NCBI RefSeq assembly: GCF_001194135.2
Contig: NC_069003.1
Span: 11,421,694-11,485,266, forward strand
Direction: 5' to 3'
Length of the DNA: 63,573 nucleotides
From: Octopus bimaculoides
Lineage: Eukaryota
The first letter of the stretch is position 1. Each line of letters starts with the position of its first letter. Position numbers and translations under genes: made by a program. The notes under the pieces are model-generated. The model searched no databases. It saw only the letters and a list, made by a program, of their open reading frames with translations, and was not told the origin of the DNA. Positions 50,651 through 63,337 of the stretch are shown here, in pieces.

Positions 50651-52065
50651 TTATTCTACAGAGCAGTTTAGGTGGTTGTACATATATAGAAACAACACGT
50701 AGTAGATGTGTAAGTAGCAGTAATAGAAGTTGTGGTGGGTTGGAGATGATTAGATGTTTGAGATTTGGTAGCCATGTAGTTTCAGGGATTAAGCAGGATT
50801 AAGTAGAATGCTCTTCTGTAGTGTCCCTCCCACAGGTTGAGGTGTGTTTTCTTTCTTTTTTTTTAATGTGTTTTGGTTTCCATGTGTGCAATATGATATG
50901 TGGGGTGCACAGTTTAAGATTGGTTTCTGGACATGAATTTGGTAGTGGGAAGAGTCAGTGGTGATAGTGGAAGGAGCTTAATCAAAGTTCAATTCACGAT
51001 TAGGCACAGTTAGTTTTCTGTATTTTCCAGTATACAAGTCAAATTTTTACAGCCAAAAAAAGGTTGCTCAGAATATACAAAAAAAAAAAAATGTCTTTGG
51101 AAGAGCAAAAATTCCACGTGAAATTCAGTAGGATTTGGAAAGACAATTCTTGAATGTTTAAACTACTTACTACAGTAACTTGTATGCTGAAAAATACTGT
51201 AACATTCCTATGTCAGGTGACAAGAATGCAACAATTACAAAATTGGGTTAGAGATACCATAAACTGAAGAAGAAAAAAGGAAGATTAACCCTTTACCATT
51301 CAGATTGCTGTCAAATGTAATGTCTATTTGTTCACATTGATATGAATGAGTCATGCATTACCTTGTAACTTTGATATTGCAATTAAGTGATTGTATACTT
51401 TTAGAATGACATTGTAGAGGTGTAGCAGTACAGGTTCTGACAGTTTGAACATAAAACAAGTAGAAGGGCACTTCACCCCTAAACGACAGTCTGACATTTC
51501 ATAATTTCTTCTGATATATAATTCTCTTTTACAATGTTGCTGGGGTCCAAGGGTCTACATTTATTTCACCGGAGAGTCACACGAGGAAGTATTAGGATAA
51601 CAGTAGCCTAGAGTCAGTCAATCATAAAAATCCTGGGAAAAGCATGAATATCACAGCTTCTGGGTTAAAAAATCATGAGTGTTGTTTTTGAAACAGTTGA
51701 GCAAACTAAATGCCTTTATGGTATTATTATTAATATAATATAATGACTATTGCTATTGAGGGCTGGCAGAATCTTTAAAGGGTTTGCAGTATTTGTATTG
51801 GGACCTTACATACCGAGTTCAAATACCACTGGGGTCAATTTTGCCTTCCATCCTATAAGTGTCAATAAAATAAAGTACCAGTCAAGTACTGGGGGAGAAG
51901 GGATGATGTAATCTACTAACCTATTCCTCTTAAAATTGCTGGTCCTGTGCCAAAGTTAGAATTATTATTATTAAGGTAGCAACCGAGCAAAAATGTTAGC
52001 ATGCTGGACAAAATACTTAGCCCCCTCCCTCAAAATTTCAGGCCTTGTGCCTTTAGTAGAAAGGA

Positions 52066-52099
<34 letters not shown>

Positions 52100-52279
52100 G
52101 GGTGGTGAGCTGGCAGTACTTCGTCTGCTATTACATTTTGAGTTCAAATTCTGCCGAGGTCGACTTTGCCTTTCATCCTTTCGGGGTAAAGTAAATAAAT
52201 ACCAGTTATGCACTGGGATCAATGTAATCGACTTAATCCCTTTGTCTGTCCTTGTTTGTCCCCTCTAGGCAATAAACAA

Positions 52280-52330
52280 ATAAAATTATTATTATTATTA
52301 TTATTATTGTTATTATTATTATTGTTGTTG

Positions 52331-52365
<35 letters not shown>

Positions 52366-52396
52366 GTTATTGTTATTGTTATTATTATTATTATTG
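52280..52396. repeat. (ATT/GTT)n microsatellite
   Basis: Directly visible. Confidence 0.95.
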
Positions 52397-52929
52397 TGCC
52401 TGGCAAAATGCTTAGTGGCGTTTCTTCTGACTTTACATTCTGGGTTCAAATACCACAAAGGTCAACTTTGCCTTTCATCTTTCTGGGGTCAATGAAATAA
52501 GTACCAGTTGGGCGTTGAGGTCAATGTAATCAACTGCCACACCCCTCCCAAAATTTAAGGCTTTGTGCCTATAATAGAAAAAGTTATCATCATTATTACT
52601 ACAGCTACTTAGGAGGGAGAAACTGTGTCTCCCAGGGACCAGTAAGATCAACTTGGTTAAGTTCCTACTGAATTATAGCAAATCAACAATGGCAGGAAAA
52701 TGATGGACACAGAGGGAATTCCAGAAGAATATTAATGTTCTCTTGCGGAAGAACTGATTGGTTAGTTCAGATCACATGGTTGGGGTGTGGGTAACATTAA
52801 AACAAAAAAAAAACCCCAAAACCAAGTCAGTCAGAGCCAACTTTGCTATTTCGTTTCTCCAAGGTTGATAAAATAAAAATATCATTAAAGAATTCGGGTT
52901 AATTTGATTGACTGTACCCACTCTACATT

Positions 52930-53315
52930 GTTGTTGTGTTGTTGGCACTCCGTCGGTTACGTCGTCGAGGGTTCCAGTTAATCCGATCAACGGAACAGCC
53001 TGCTCGTGAAATTAACGTGCAAGTGGCTGAGCACTCCACAGACACGTGTACCCTTAACGTAGTTCTCGGGGATATTCAGCGTGACACAGAGTGTGACAAG
53101 GCTGACCCTTTGAATTACAGGCACAACAGAAACAGGAAGTAAGAGTGAGAGAAAGTTGTGGTGGAAGAGTACAGCAGGGTTCGCCACCATCCCCTGCCGG
53201 AGCCTCGTGGAGCTTTAGGTGTTTTCGCTCAATAAACACTCACAACGCCCGGTCTGAGAATCGAAATCGCGATCCTATGACCACGAGTCCGCTGCCCTAA
53301 CCACTGGGCCATTGT
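52930..53315 (-). mobile_element. SINE family C, nearly full length
   Basis: Match to 17595-17986. Confidence 0.9.
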
Positions 53316-53840
53316 ATCCAACAAATAAATCATATTATTTGCTGTACCATATGAGTACCTTGAGGCATTTACATTCCTGCCATCAACATTGAAAATATAT
53401 GAACATTAAATAGACAGGACACATAAACTTTGACTGATACAAGTAGAGTAAGAAGCCTTGGCTGGGATGTGGTGCTAGTGGGAGGGCACTGAAGAATAAG
53501 GAACCCAGTGGAATAAGTGGTGGGACACTATGGTTATTGCAAGGTTTGAATTCACGGTTGTATGTTCTCAACAGTTCAATACTTTTGTAAGAATATAAAA
53601 AAATAGAAATATAAAAGTCACAAAATAGTAAAGGATTTGTTTGGGTTTTGTAGGTAAAATTATTCAAGGAAGAATAGAAAATTTGACTGAGGCGTATCCT
53701 TGTGAAACTGTTCAGTGGCAAAGCATAGAGCACTGTGGAGTGTAGAGGCCTCCCAGGGAAGCCATCTTATATGTGTGTGTTTGCTAAGATATGTTACACT
53801 TAAAAAAAGGGGTTGGCCAATTTGGCTACCATATAGGGCA

Positions 53841-53881
<41 letters not shown>

Positions 53882-54019
53882 TATATATATATGTGTGTGT
53901 CTGTGTGTTGAAGTCAAAGGCATGCTATCTTTAAGGAGGAGTGGGCCAATATGGATACCACATAGAGAAATCCTTTTATATACATGTGTGTTTGCTGTAG
54001 TCAAAGGTATGTTATGTGT

Positions 54020-54613
54020 AACTCTTTAGCATTCAGATTACTCTGTCAAATGTAGTGCTTATAGATATATATTCTTTTGACTGCGGTCATGCTGGAGCAC
54101 CACCTTTAGTTGAACAAATCGACTCTAGGACTTTTTCTTTGTAAGCCTAGTACTTATTCTATCGGTCTCTTTTGCTGAATCGCTAAGTTATGGGGACATA
54201 AACACACCAACACCGGTTGTCAAGTGATGGTGGTGGGGACAAACACAGACACACACAAATATATACATATATACCACGTGCTTCTTTCAGTTTCCGTCTA
54301 CCAAATCCACTCACAAGGCTTTGGTTGGCCCAAGGCTATAGCAGAAGACACTTGCCTAAGGTGCCCCGCAGTGGGACTGAACTCAGAACCATGTGGTTGG
54401 GAAGCAAGCTTCTTACCACACAGCCACTCCTGCACCTATATATATTCACATTCTTTTGAATTAATCATGCAACTTCGAGATTTTGATAACGTGATTGTTT
54501 TACTTTTAGCATGACATTATAGGGCAGGTGTGAGAGACTGGATTTGGCCAGTTTGAACATAAAACAGGTAGAATATTTTGGCCGAATATGGCTGGTTTAA
54601 ATACTAAAGGGTT
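54020..54613. mobile_element. MITE E with nested antisense SINE A (about 54080-54436)
   Basis: MITE E halves on both sides; ATTCTTTTGA repeated around the insert. Confidence 0.75.
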
Positions 54614-57565
54614 AAAGAAAAGGACAGTCAAAACTGATGCTATGCCACTGAACTTGTTCACCACAGATCTGTATCAAAAGGAGGACTGCTTTGTTAGCTA
54701 CCATCAGCCACACCTTCACCCTTGTTTATCACTCATTGCATCTACTTCTAGCCTCATCTCTAACCCTTTATCACACTCATATGAAATTACACCCCCTTCC
54801 CCCTGCCCTGATCTCCTGTCTGTATTCTCACATAGACTCATTTTTCTGAATCTTGAAAGTACTGGCACATCATCGCCACCATCTTTTCCTTCCTTCCAGC
54901 TAATCTCAGGGTAGTCGTGTATCTCCTATATAGCAAGGTACCTGCAGTTATCCCTATATCATGTTTTAAGCTTCAATACTTGGCATAAAACCACCTCCCT
55001 CTCAATTAAAGAGGATCTTAGTCTTGTGAGTTACTTGGTGACCTCACTAGTGCCAGTGGCACAAAAGAAAGCACCCACTTACACTCTGTGAAGTGGCTGG
55101 CATTAGGAAAGGCATCTGGGCCATAGAAACCATGCCAAAGCAGACACAGGTGCTCAATACAGTCCTGGTAAGCATCAGATTCAAATTGCCTGGTCCATAC
55201 CAGCGTGGCTGTGCAGTTAAGAAAATTGTTTCCTAACCACACAGTTTTGGGTTCAGTCTCACTGCATGACACCTTGGTTAGGTGTCTTCTACTTCCCAGG
55301 CAAACCAATGCTTTGTGACTCTGCTGGTGTCATGTAAAGAACACCTTGTCCACCCTGTAAAGTGGTTGGCATTGGGAAGGGCATTCAGCCATAGAAACCA
55401 GGCCGAAACTGATGTTGGAGCCTGATGCAGCCCTGTGGCTCCTTAGATCCTGCCAAAACTGTCCAACCCATGCCAACATGGAAAACGAACGTTAAATGGT
55501 GATGATGATGTGAAAACAGCAGAATATATCATAAATTGGAGTTTACAATGAAAAAACCAGTAATTGCTAAAATACTTAGTCCCTTCCCAACACACACTAT
55601 TCGTAGAATGTTTTAGAAGTGACCAATGATTTGTGAGTGAATTTGATAAGCTGGAAACTGTGTGGGACCTCGTCGTGTGTGTGTGTGTTATGTACATGTG
55701 CACGTTTTTGTGTTTCGTACTGACAGGCAACCGGTGTTGGTTTGCGTCCCTGTGAACTAGCAGTTCGATAAATATACAGCGATAAAATACCAGATAAAAC
55801 AAGTACCAAAAAGTACGGTGGGAAGATGGAGATCTGATCGCCCAGATACTTTCAGGCAAGTGCTTCAAGCACGGCCGCAATCCAGTAAGTGCAGGAGTAA
55901 AGAAAAAAAAGAAAAAAGAGCCAAACTATGGTGTTACTAATCAGCTGGTTGTCAACCGCACTAGCTGAAACCTTCACCTTTTTCATCATTACTTAACATT
56001 TTGGATCGCTGTGCCATTTAACCACATTGACAAAGATTTGCTGTCTCTCTACCGCCATTCCCAACCAGCAGTCGTCGTCCTCTTGAATGTCGCATAGCTG
56101 CTGACAGGCAAATATGTTACTAAATATACGACCCACCTACGCAGCACGCCTCGATATCGGACAGGGATTGGTACACTACATTGTTGTTGTTGTTGTCGAT
56201 GTCGTTGTAGCATAGCTGGCAACACACACACAAATAGTTTAAAAGAAATTTAAAGACAGCTAGCCCAAAAAACTAACTATTCATAAGAGCGCACAATAAC
56301 CAACGTGGTTGTTTAAACACCCACCCACATACACACATTATTTAGATTAGATCGTGGGTGTTTTAAAGAACCAAATATTCGACAGTCGATACATTAAAAG
56401 TTGAAAGAAATATTTACAAAAATATAGCGCTTTATAATAATAATTTCCAGTCCAGTAAAGCGTCATATATATATATATATAAAACACATATGCACACAGC
56501 CAGACTCACATACGTTATGTAAATGTTGTAAAAATTAAAGAGTTTGTGTGGATTTCACATATGCTGTGCAACAGATGATGGTTGAGGCTGATATATACAC
56601 ATATTTTCTTATAGGTGCCAAACGCTTAGATATGTATTCATAAAGTAATAAAAGCAAATGGGTGTAAAAAAAAAATATATATATAAATAAATACGTTTCC
56701 TTAATGTCTGTTGTATACTTCCAGGAATTTGGGTCTTTTTTTTTTCCAATGATTTCCGGTTTTTGTAATGGGTTTTTACCCAGTTCGTGTGTGTACAACA
56801 ACGTAAAAAAAAAAAAACCTTGTATGTTGGATCATAAGTGGATATGTCTGTGCTCTGGCTTTTATTGTAGTTGACATGGGGAATGTTAAAAAGTTCTGCT
56901 GAGCAACTCTGATTCGCTCAAGCGATAAAAGTCTTGAGAGCAAAATATACAAATACTGATCTGTAGAGAGAAATTGAAACCGGGTCCTAAATTTGGTAGC
57001 TAGGAGCATTAGCCGTGACGGCACTACGATGTACGCCAGTGCGTTAGCAATTAATTACATTGATGTTGATACTACTGAGATTGGTATTATCGATCTCCAA
57101 CGTAGTTTGGATTCAGAACACAAAAAAGTTCAATTCCAAAAAATATTTTGTTTGTCGCTCTACCGATTCGTGCCAGCAACAATCTTGCTGATAATAAAAC
57201 AGTAATAACTTTGTACAATTGACATTTGTTTTGAATTTAGTGTTCCGTGTATTCAATAACAATGCGGGTACCTCTCGTGTAGGATAATAGAAAATGGGTG
57301 TGTGTGAAAGAGAGGCAGACAGACACACAGATGCAATGTCAAAGAAAGATGGTTGAGAAGCGAGGAAAAAAAATGAGATGAAAAAGGCTGTAAGAAGTAG
57401 AGAAAGAAGAGAGTAACAATGCGTCTAGATATATCGAGAGATATTGAAGTTGAAACGAAAGGGAGTGTTGTTGATTTTTTTGGCTGTCTCGATCATGATC
57501 CGCCAAGCAATATACATACATATATCATACAACTTCAGTGTAAATGGAGAATTCTTTCACAGAAA

Positions 57566-58159
57566 TTAATTTTCAGAAGCAATTTTTTTTATTACGCTGA
57601 GAACGTTCGACAGAATGCTGTGGCGATTCTCTTTCGTTACAGTAAAAACTTTTACATCCGTTCGGTTCCGTACTTGTTCCACCAAAGGTATAGGCCGTCC
57701 TTTTCTCGCTGGAATCGTGGCAAAAACTTTCGACCGTGGATCATCCAACCGACTGAGCACGGCTTGGTGGAAACTTCGGCTGTAGGCTTCTAGTTTTCCG
57801 ATTTCGTCTATAACAGTTATTCCCGTATTGCTAGCATGCAATAGAGGCAAAACAAATTCTTCGAACTCTTCTACTTGCACGAGATAGCGACCACTACGGT
57901 TAGGATCATGACGGTTGAGAAAACCTCCTTCGTCGTCCACTCGCGACAGCTTTGCCCTTTCTTTGTTCAGGTTGACCACATCATAGCCTTTTCCTCGACC
58001 AAAATGTCGTACTTTTTCCCTGTAAAATCCATGCAGTGCAAAACCCTCTTTCTCCAATTCCTCGCAAGCTTTCTGTAAAATGGTTGTCTTGCCCACACCT
58101 CGTGCACCAGTGATTAGAACGTGTCTGATCTCAGACTCAGCTGCCTCGCACTCCGCCAT
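57566..58159 (-). CDS. NTPCR: THEP1/NTPase_1-family P-loop NTPase (cancer-related nucleoside triphosphatase); single uninterrupted ORF
   Basis: HVLITGARGVGKTT (Walker A), GFY, VIDEIGKLE (Walker B), ATIP...PLVEQVRNR; likely start ATG 58159 (GC-ATG-GCG); the frame is also open from ATG 58240. Confidence 0.92.
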   Translation of the reverse strand: MAECEAAESEIRHVLITGARGVGKTTILQKACEELEKEGFALHGFYREKVRHFGRGKGYDVVNLNKERAKLSRVDDEGGFLNRHDPNRSGRYLVQVEEFEEFVLPLLHASNTGITVIDEIGKLEAYSRSFHQAVLSRLDDPRSKVFATIPARKGRPIPLVEQVRNRTDVKVFTVTKENRHSILSNVLSVIKKIASEN

Positions 58160-58266
58160 GCTACAAAAGGTCTTGAGAAATTCCTCAAGGATGGGAGGAT
58201 CACCAATCGATAGACAAGGGAAGTAACTCTCATTTGTCATACTAAACGGAGTTGCTACGTTTTAGA

Positions 58267-58274
58267 TGACGTCA
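58267..58274. promoter_or_regulatory. Perfect CRE palindrome upstream of NTPCR
   Basis: TGACGTCA about 110 bp upstream of the likely start; function inferred. Confidence 0.4.
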
Positions 58275-59174
58275 AGGAAATTTTTTATTTTAATTTTATA
58301 TATTATATATATATATTCTGTAGCTTTTGTTGTAGTTCAATTTGGCGGAACGTTCACAACCACATACACACACACATCTCTCACTCTCTCTCTCTCTCTC
58401 ATTCACACACACACACACACATATACATATAGACATGACATGGGGGGAGTGAGGAGTTTTTACTGGATTTTTGACTTTGAAAATTTTTTTTTTAATGCTC
58501 ACTACCTTACAAAAACTATATCAGCTGAGCAAATGGCCTTCCTTAGATGCATTAAAAATATTATAACATAATCTGATCACTATTCCGCCGTTCTCTTTGA
58601 GCATCAAATTTGTCTGGGGCAAAATGAGTAAGCTAAGATCAGGTAAATTTGCCGCTTCAATTCTCCAGAAAACAGACTTATTACACATCAATATCTCTCT
58701 TTAGACATCAGAAAGGTCAGGAATGCGAATGAATAAATAGACAAATATCTCGGTCAAATAAAAGAGGTTCAGGGGAAAATAGCATATGGTATGAAATTAA
58801 TGAAACTGGATTTAAAATAAATGAGAAATTAGAGATTACTCGTTTTACCCCCGTTACTAATTATTTTGCCCCACTCCCAATATCTTTCACTTGTTTCAGT
58901 CATTGGGCTGCGGCCATGCTGGAGCATCGACTCGAATGAGTTTGGTCGAACGAATCGATCTCAGTCTCTTTTTTTAAAATTATTTTAAAGCCTGATACTC
59001 ATTCAATTGACTTCGTTTACTAAACCGCTAAGTTACAGGATATAAGCTACGGTTGTCAGGCTATGATAGCACACACACACACACACAGACAGACACAAAG
59101 TCCACCCAAAAAATTTATATAAATATTTTTATTCAGTGTATCGCACTTTGATAAAATATCGAAAGAGCTATTTA

Positions 59175-59263
59175 TATTTATAAAGATATTAAATATTTAT
59201 ACAGATTTAAATATTTATACAGATATTAAATATTTATACAGATGTTAAATATTTATACAGATT
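59175..59263. repeat. Short AT-rich tandem repeat (about 20-bp unit, 4 copies)
   Basis: TTAAATATTTATACAGA(T/TA/TG) repeated. Confidence 0.85.
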
Positions 59264-59516
59264 TTTCCTTTCCTGAAGTATGTATATTCTATGACGAGCT
59301 TCTTTCAGTTTCCGTCTACCAAATCCACTCACGACGCTTTGGTGGGCCCGGGGCTGTAGAAGAAGACACTTGCCCAAAGTGTTGCGCTGTGGGACTGAAC
59401 TCAGAACCGTGTGGTTGGGAAGCAAACCACACAGCCATGCCTCCTTGTGTGTGTAAGATATATATGTATGTATATGTACGAATCGTACCATGTACACACT
59501 ATACATAGTGTAAAAA

Positions 59517-59991
59517 GGTAATCTTCAAGTTTAGGGCGGTAAAAAAAGTAAATAAAAAAAAAAATATACAAGAGAAATAACTTAGCGTCTTACTAGTATT
59601 ATTCGTACTATTGAATATCATAGTACCGGCTGAGAGATCGAAAATGCCTAGTGGAAGACCGGCTGCACAACAACTTATTGTTCCTCAAAATGAAATCCTC
59701 ACTCGTCAATTAATAATATTAGAAGAATATTAGTGAATTATGCAGCAGTTCAAGACACAAAATGTTGGAATGGTGTGCGCGCAGTCGCTTATTAGGAAGA
59801 AGTTTACCTGCGAGGATTGTTTAGTACCATGCGGACTTGTTAAAAAAAAACAAACACGTGTGTGATTTATTTATAAACAGCTAAAAAAGAACACATTTCA
59901 GAGTAGTACGGATAATACTAGTAAGACGTTAAGTTATTTCCCTTGTATATTTTTATTTACTTTTTTTACCTCCCTAAACTTGAAGATTACC
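59517..59991. mobile_element. Mutator (MULE)-type MITE, 475 bp
   Basis: About 90-bp TIRs starting GGTAATCTTCAAGTTTAGGG; perfect 9-bp TSD GTGTAAAAA (59508-59516, 59992-60000). Confidence 0.88.
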
Positions 59992-60441
59992 GTGTAAAAA
60001 CTCAATACTTGGGGTAGAATAACCAGATATATCTATTATGTTAAAAAAATGAGTCTACTCAAGTTTTACCTGACGGTTGATCGCGACTATATGACAAGTG
60101 AAATTCATTTATTGTCGTTGTTATCCCATGTCACGTAAATATAAAGTAACATCATTAGATACTACACTAAAGGTTATTGAAGTAGAAAGACAAACGAAAA
60201 AGTCCGCGCGAGCGTTTGTTTTAATTTAAGAGTATAAATAATTGAAGTCTTTTTAAAAGTCTTTTTAATGTCTGCATGTTATAAATTCAAAGGAATTAGT
60301 TGTCGTTTTCAATGATTTATAAACAGTTGGGTGTCTTGGTGGTCTCGTGGGTAGAGACATAATTAGACAGCCACATTGAACATCCTGGGCAGGGTTCAAT
60401 CCTACCCAGGGCCTGTATTAAAGGGTCTTACTAAAATTTTA

Positions 60442-60846
60442 GGCGCAGGAGTGGCTGTGTGGTAAGTAGCTTGCTTACCAACCACATGGTTCTGGGTTCA
60501 TTCCCACTGCGTGGCACCTTGGGCAAGTGTCTTCTACTATAGCCTCGGGCCGACCAAAGCCTTGTGAGTGGATTTGGCAGACGGAAACTGAAAGAAGCCC
60601 GTCATATATATGTATATATATATGTGTGTGTATGTCTGTGTTTGTCCCCTCAACATCGCTTGACAACCGATGCTGGTGTGTTTATGTCCCCGTAACTTAG
60701 CGGTTCGGCAAAAAGAGACCGATAGAATAAGTACTAGGCTTACAAAGAATAAGTCCTGGGGTCGATTTGCTCGGCTAAAAGGCGGTGCCCTAGCATGGCC
60801 GCAGTCAAAAGACTGAAACAACTAAAAGAGTAAAAGAGTAAAAGAG
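60442..60846 (+). mobile_element. SINE family A, full length, young
   Basis: tRNA-like head, CCTTGGGCAAGT core, central (TA/TG) tract, (TAAAAGAG)n tail. Confidence 0.92.
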
Positions 60847-61063
60847 TTGTAATTTCCTCATGACTAAAAACCGCCGACTTTAAAAATCATAATGAATCAA
60901 TTTGACAAAATTGAAATATGCATAACGTTTTTAAAACTAAGACGGACACAGTAAAATCATGGAAAATATAGAGAAACCGTCGAATTGTTGAATGTTTAGG
61001 TGGATGATATGATAGAGCTTCACTTGCCGCTTTCCCATGCCACTATCCAGTGTCAATTTTTAT

Positions 61064-61293
61064 TTAACCCCTTCAGCATTCGGGTTACTCTGTCAAATAT
61101 CATGCTTATTTTTTTCTCATCGTTTTGAATTAATCGTGCATTATCTTGTAGCTTCAAAATTTCGACGACGCGAATGTTTATTTTTAGAATTATAGTGCAG
61201 GGTGGGTGTGAAAGGCCGGATCCAGCTGGTCTGAACTTAAAACACGTGGAATATTAGAGCCAGATATGGTCAGTTTAAATGCTGAAGGGTTAA
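61064..61293. mobile_element. MITE family E, complete, CpG-retaining
   Basis: TTAA-CCC(C)TTCAGCATT...AATGCTGAAGGG-TTAA. Confidence 0.85.
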
Positions 61294-61656
61294 ACAGTTG
61301 AAACAAGAAACTGAGGGAATCACTCAAATATTTGCTGTTCCCCGTAGATAGCTTGAAAAGTTTAATAAGGATTTAATTGTCATAACATTTAATTAACAAG
61401 GTTATCAACAATGCAGACTACTTCAAAATGTCCAATATAATTGAAAGGCGCAACACAAAGCGGTAAATATTCAATAAATTAAATTTTTGATGTAGATGAT
61501 TGTGGGTTATTTGTGAAGAGGTTATCCACTGAAATTATTTATTTCAAAGAAGGAAAAAAGGATATCAGATTATAAAGTATAAAAGATCGTTTCACATTGT
61601 TGATGGGAGAAAATATCACTTGAGATTTGAAATTTAAGCCATTGCATGTTTAATGT

Positions 61657-61890
61657 TCTTATTTCTTTACAGCCCACAAGGGGCTAAACATAGAGGGGAC
61701 AAACAAGGACAGACAAAGGGGTTAAGTCGATAACATCGACCCCGGTGCGTAACTGGTACTTAGTTTATCGACCTCGAAAGGATGAAAGGCAAAGTCGACC
61801 TCGGCGGAATTTGAACTCAGAACGTAATAGCAGACGAAATACCGCTAAGCATTTCGCCCGGCGTGCTAACGTTTCTGCCAGCTCGCCGCT
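61657..61890 (-). mobile_element. SINE family B (Deu/Nin-domain-like), full length, young
   Basis: Minus strand GCGGCGAGCTGGCAG...GAGTTCAAATTCC...GCCTTTCATCCTTTCGAGGTCGATAAACTAAGTACCAG. Confidence 0.88.
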
Positions 61891-63337
61891 TTGTTTAACG
61901 TTCTGACACGCCGAGAGCAATGAAAAGTGTCTCCAAATCTGTTGACCTGTTACAGGGAAGTTAGCAGAAAAGCTGGGTTGTACAGAAATTGCTTTCTGAT
62001 TGGTTCGTTGAGCGTTTCTGTCTTACTATCGAATTTTATACCAAGTAAAATAATTTTATGTCTAATACAGTTTTTGGACGACGTTCGTGGCCATTCCTAA
62101 AATTTCAATTTACTCAAAACATACACATCTCTTCAAGTCGCTTTCGATCTTGTAAACAATTTCACTACTTGAAGACATCCTCCGCAGCACGTGTGAAATG
62201 TGACATGCAGGCTCGGCGACGAATCTGCAGCGGACTGCTGTCAGCCTAGGTATTGCTTGAGCTGGCCATTCCGTCTGGCATTGGTCTCTTCAACTAGTTC
62301 TGCCGATGAGACAAGTCTTCATTCTTTTGTTCTGCCGTTGGGGACTTCGGTTTCCCTTTTCTTTTTCCGAGATATCACCCCGTTCCTAGATCCGTCTAGT
62401 CCAGTAAGAATAGGCTGTCCTCGTGAAACCAGGCGGTCTTGCTACTAAATCAGACGTTCAGGTTTCCCTGAGCATGACAAATTGCCTTAGAGTGTGAGGT
62501 CTATGTTTAAGGAGGAGCTATGTATTGCACATCACTCAGGGAAAGGTACGACCTCTACACAGCCTTTAAGCCTACTTCACGACTACAGTCTATATATTAT
62601 CTAAAGATGTTAGATATACAAGAGATGCAAAGAACGGGCTCTCCTCCCTTTCTCTCTCTCTCTCTCTTTCTCTTTTTGTTATAAATTAGAACTCGTAAAT
62701 GTGTAATAAAATATCTAATTTTATGCGCGGTACTTATTTACGTGTGACTGGTAGACAATCAGCTTATTTTCTGGTAGATACGAAATCACTTATAAACCTC
62801 GTATGATATGTGGTTAAATACTGTCATTCGTAAGGTCACTGATTCAATACGCGAACCGGTCGGCTTGCAGTGACCTTGAACAACGCACATTGTTCCACAC
62901 AACTTAACTGTGTCAATGCCAGTTGATTGCTGACGCAGCTGTGTTTTCCCTCTATCCGTCACGTCCTGTCTCTTCCGTTCGGTCAAGTGTAAAGGGAGTC
63001 GAGATGTCTGCTTATGTCAACATAAGCACCTAACGAAAACAAAAGTACATGTCCCTAAGCTATATTCAATCGCCAGTGACGGCTGGCAGTTTTGTTCTTT
63101 ACTGTTGGTATAAATCACTAAAATGTTGTAGACAACTTAGTATATAGAAGTCAGAATCCATTAGATGTAATCGGATCGTCTGGAATGAGATAAATACAGT
63201 TTGCGTGTGAAGAGCTTATTGTTTTTGTTTTGTTTTGTTTTTTCTTGTCTTCTTATAATCGTACTTAGATCGTAATTATATTATATATTTTAGATCGCCA
63301 ATTCAGCGATCTTTCGTTTTAACTCGCAGGCGTGTGC

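Noticed and set aside
17574-53142. Recurrent small ORFs MLLALRRLRRRG... and MKPDGNTSLQSDLAEF...
   Set aside because: Antisense frames of young SINE C and family D copies; similarity reflects repeat identity, not coding selection.
62300-62445. CCGATGA-GAC-AA-GTC and GAAACC-AGGC-GGTC as a hammerhead
   Set aside because: Core halves are about 115 nt apart and lack a joining stem I/II.
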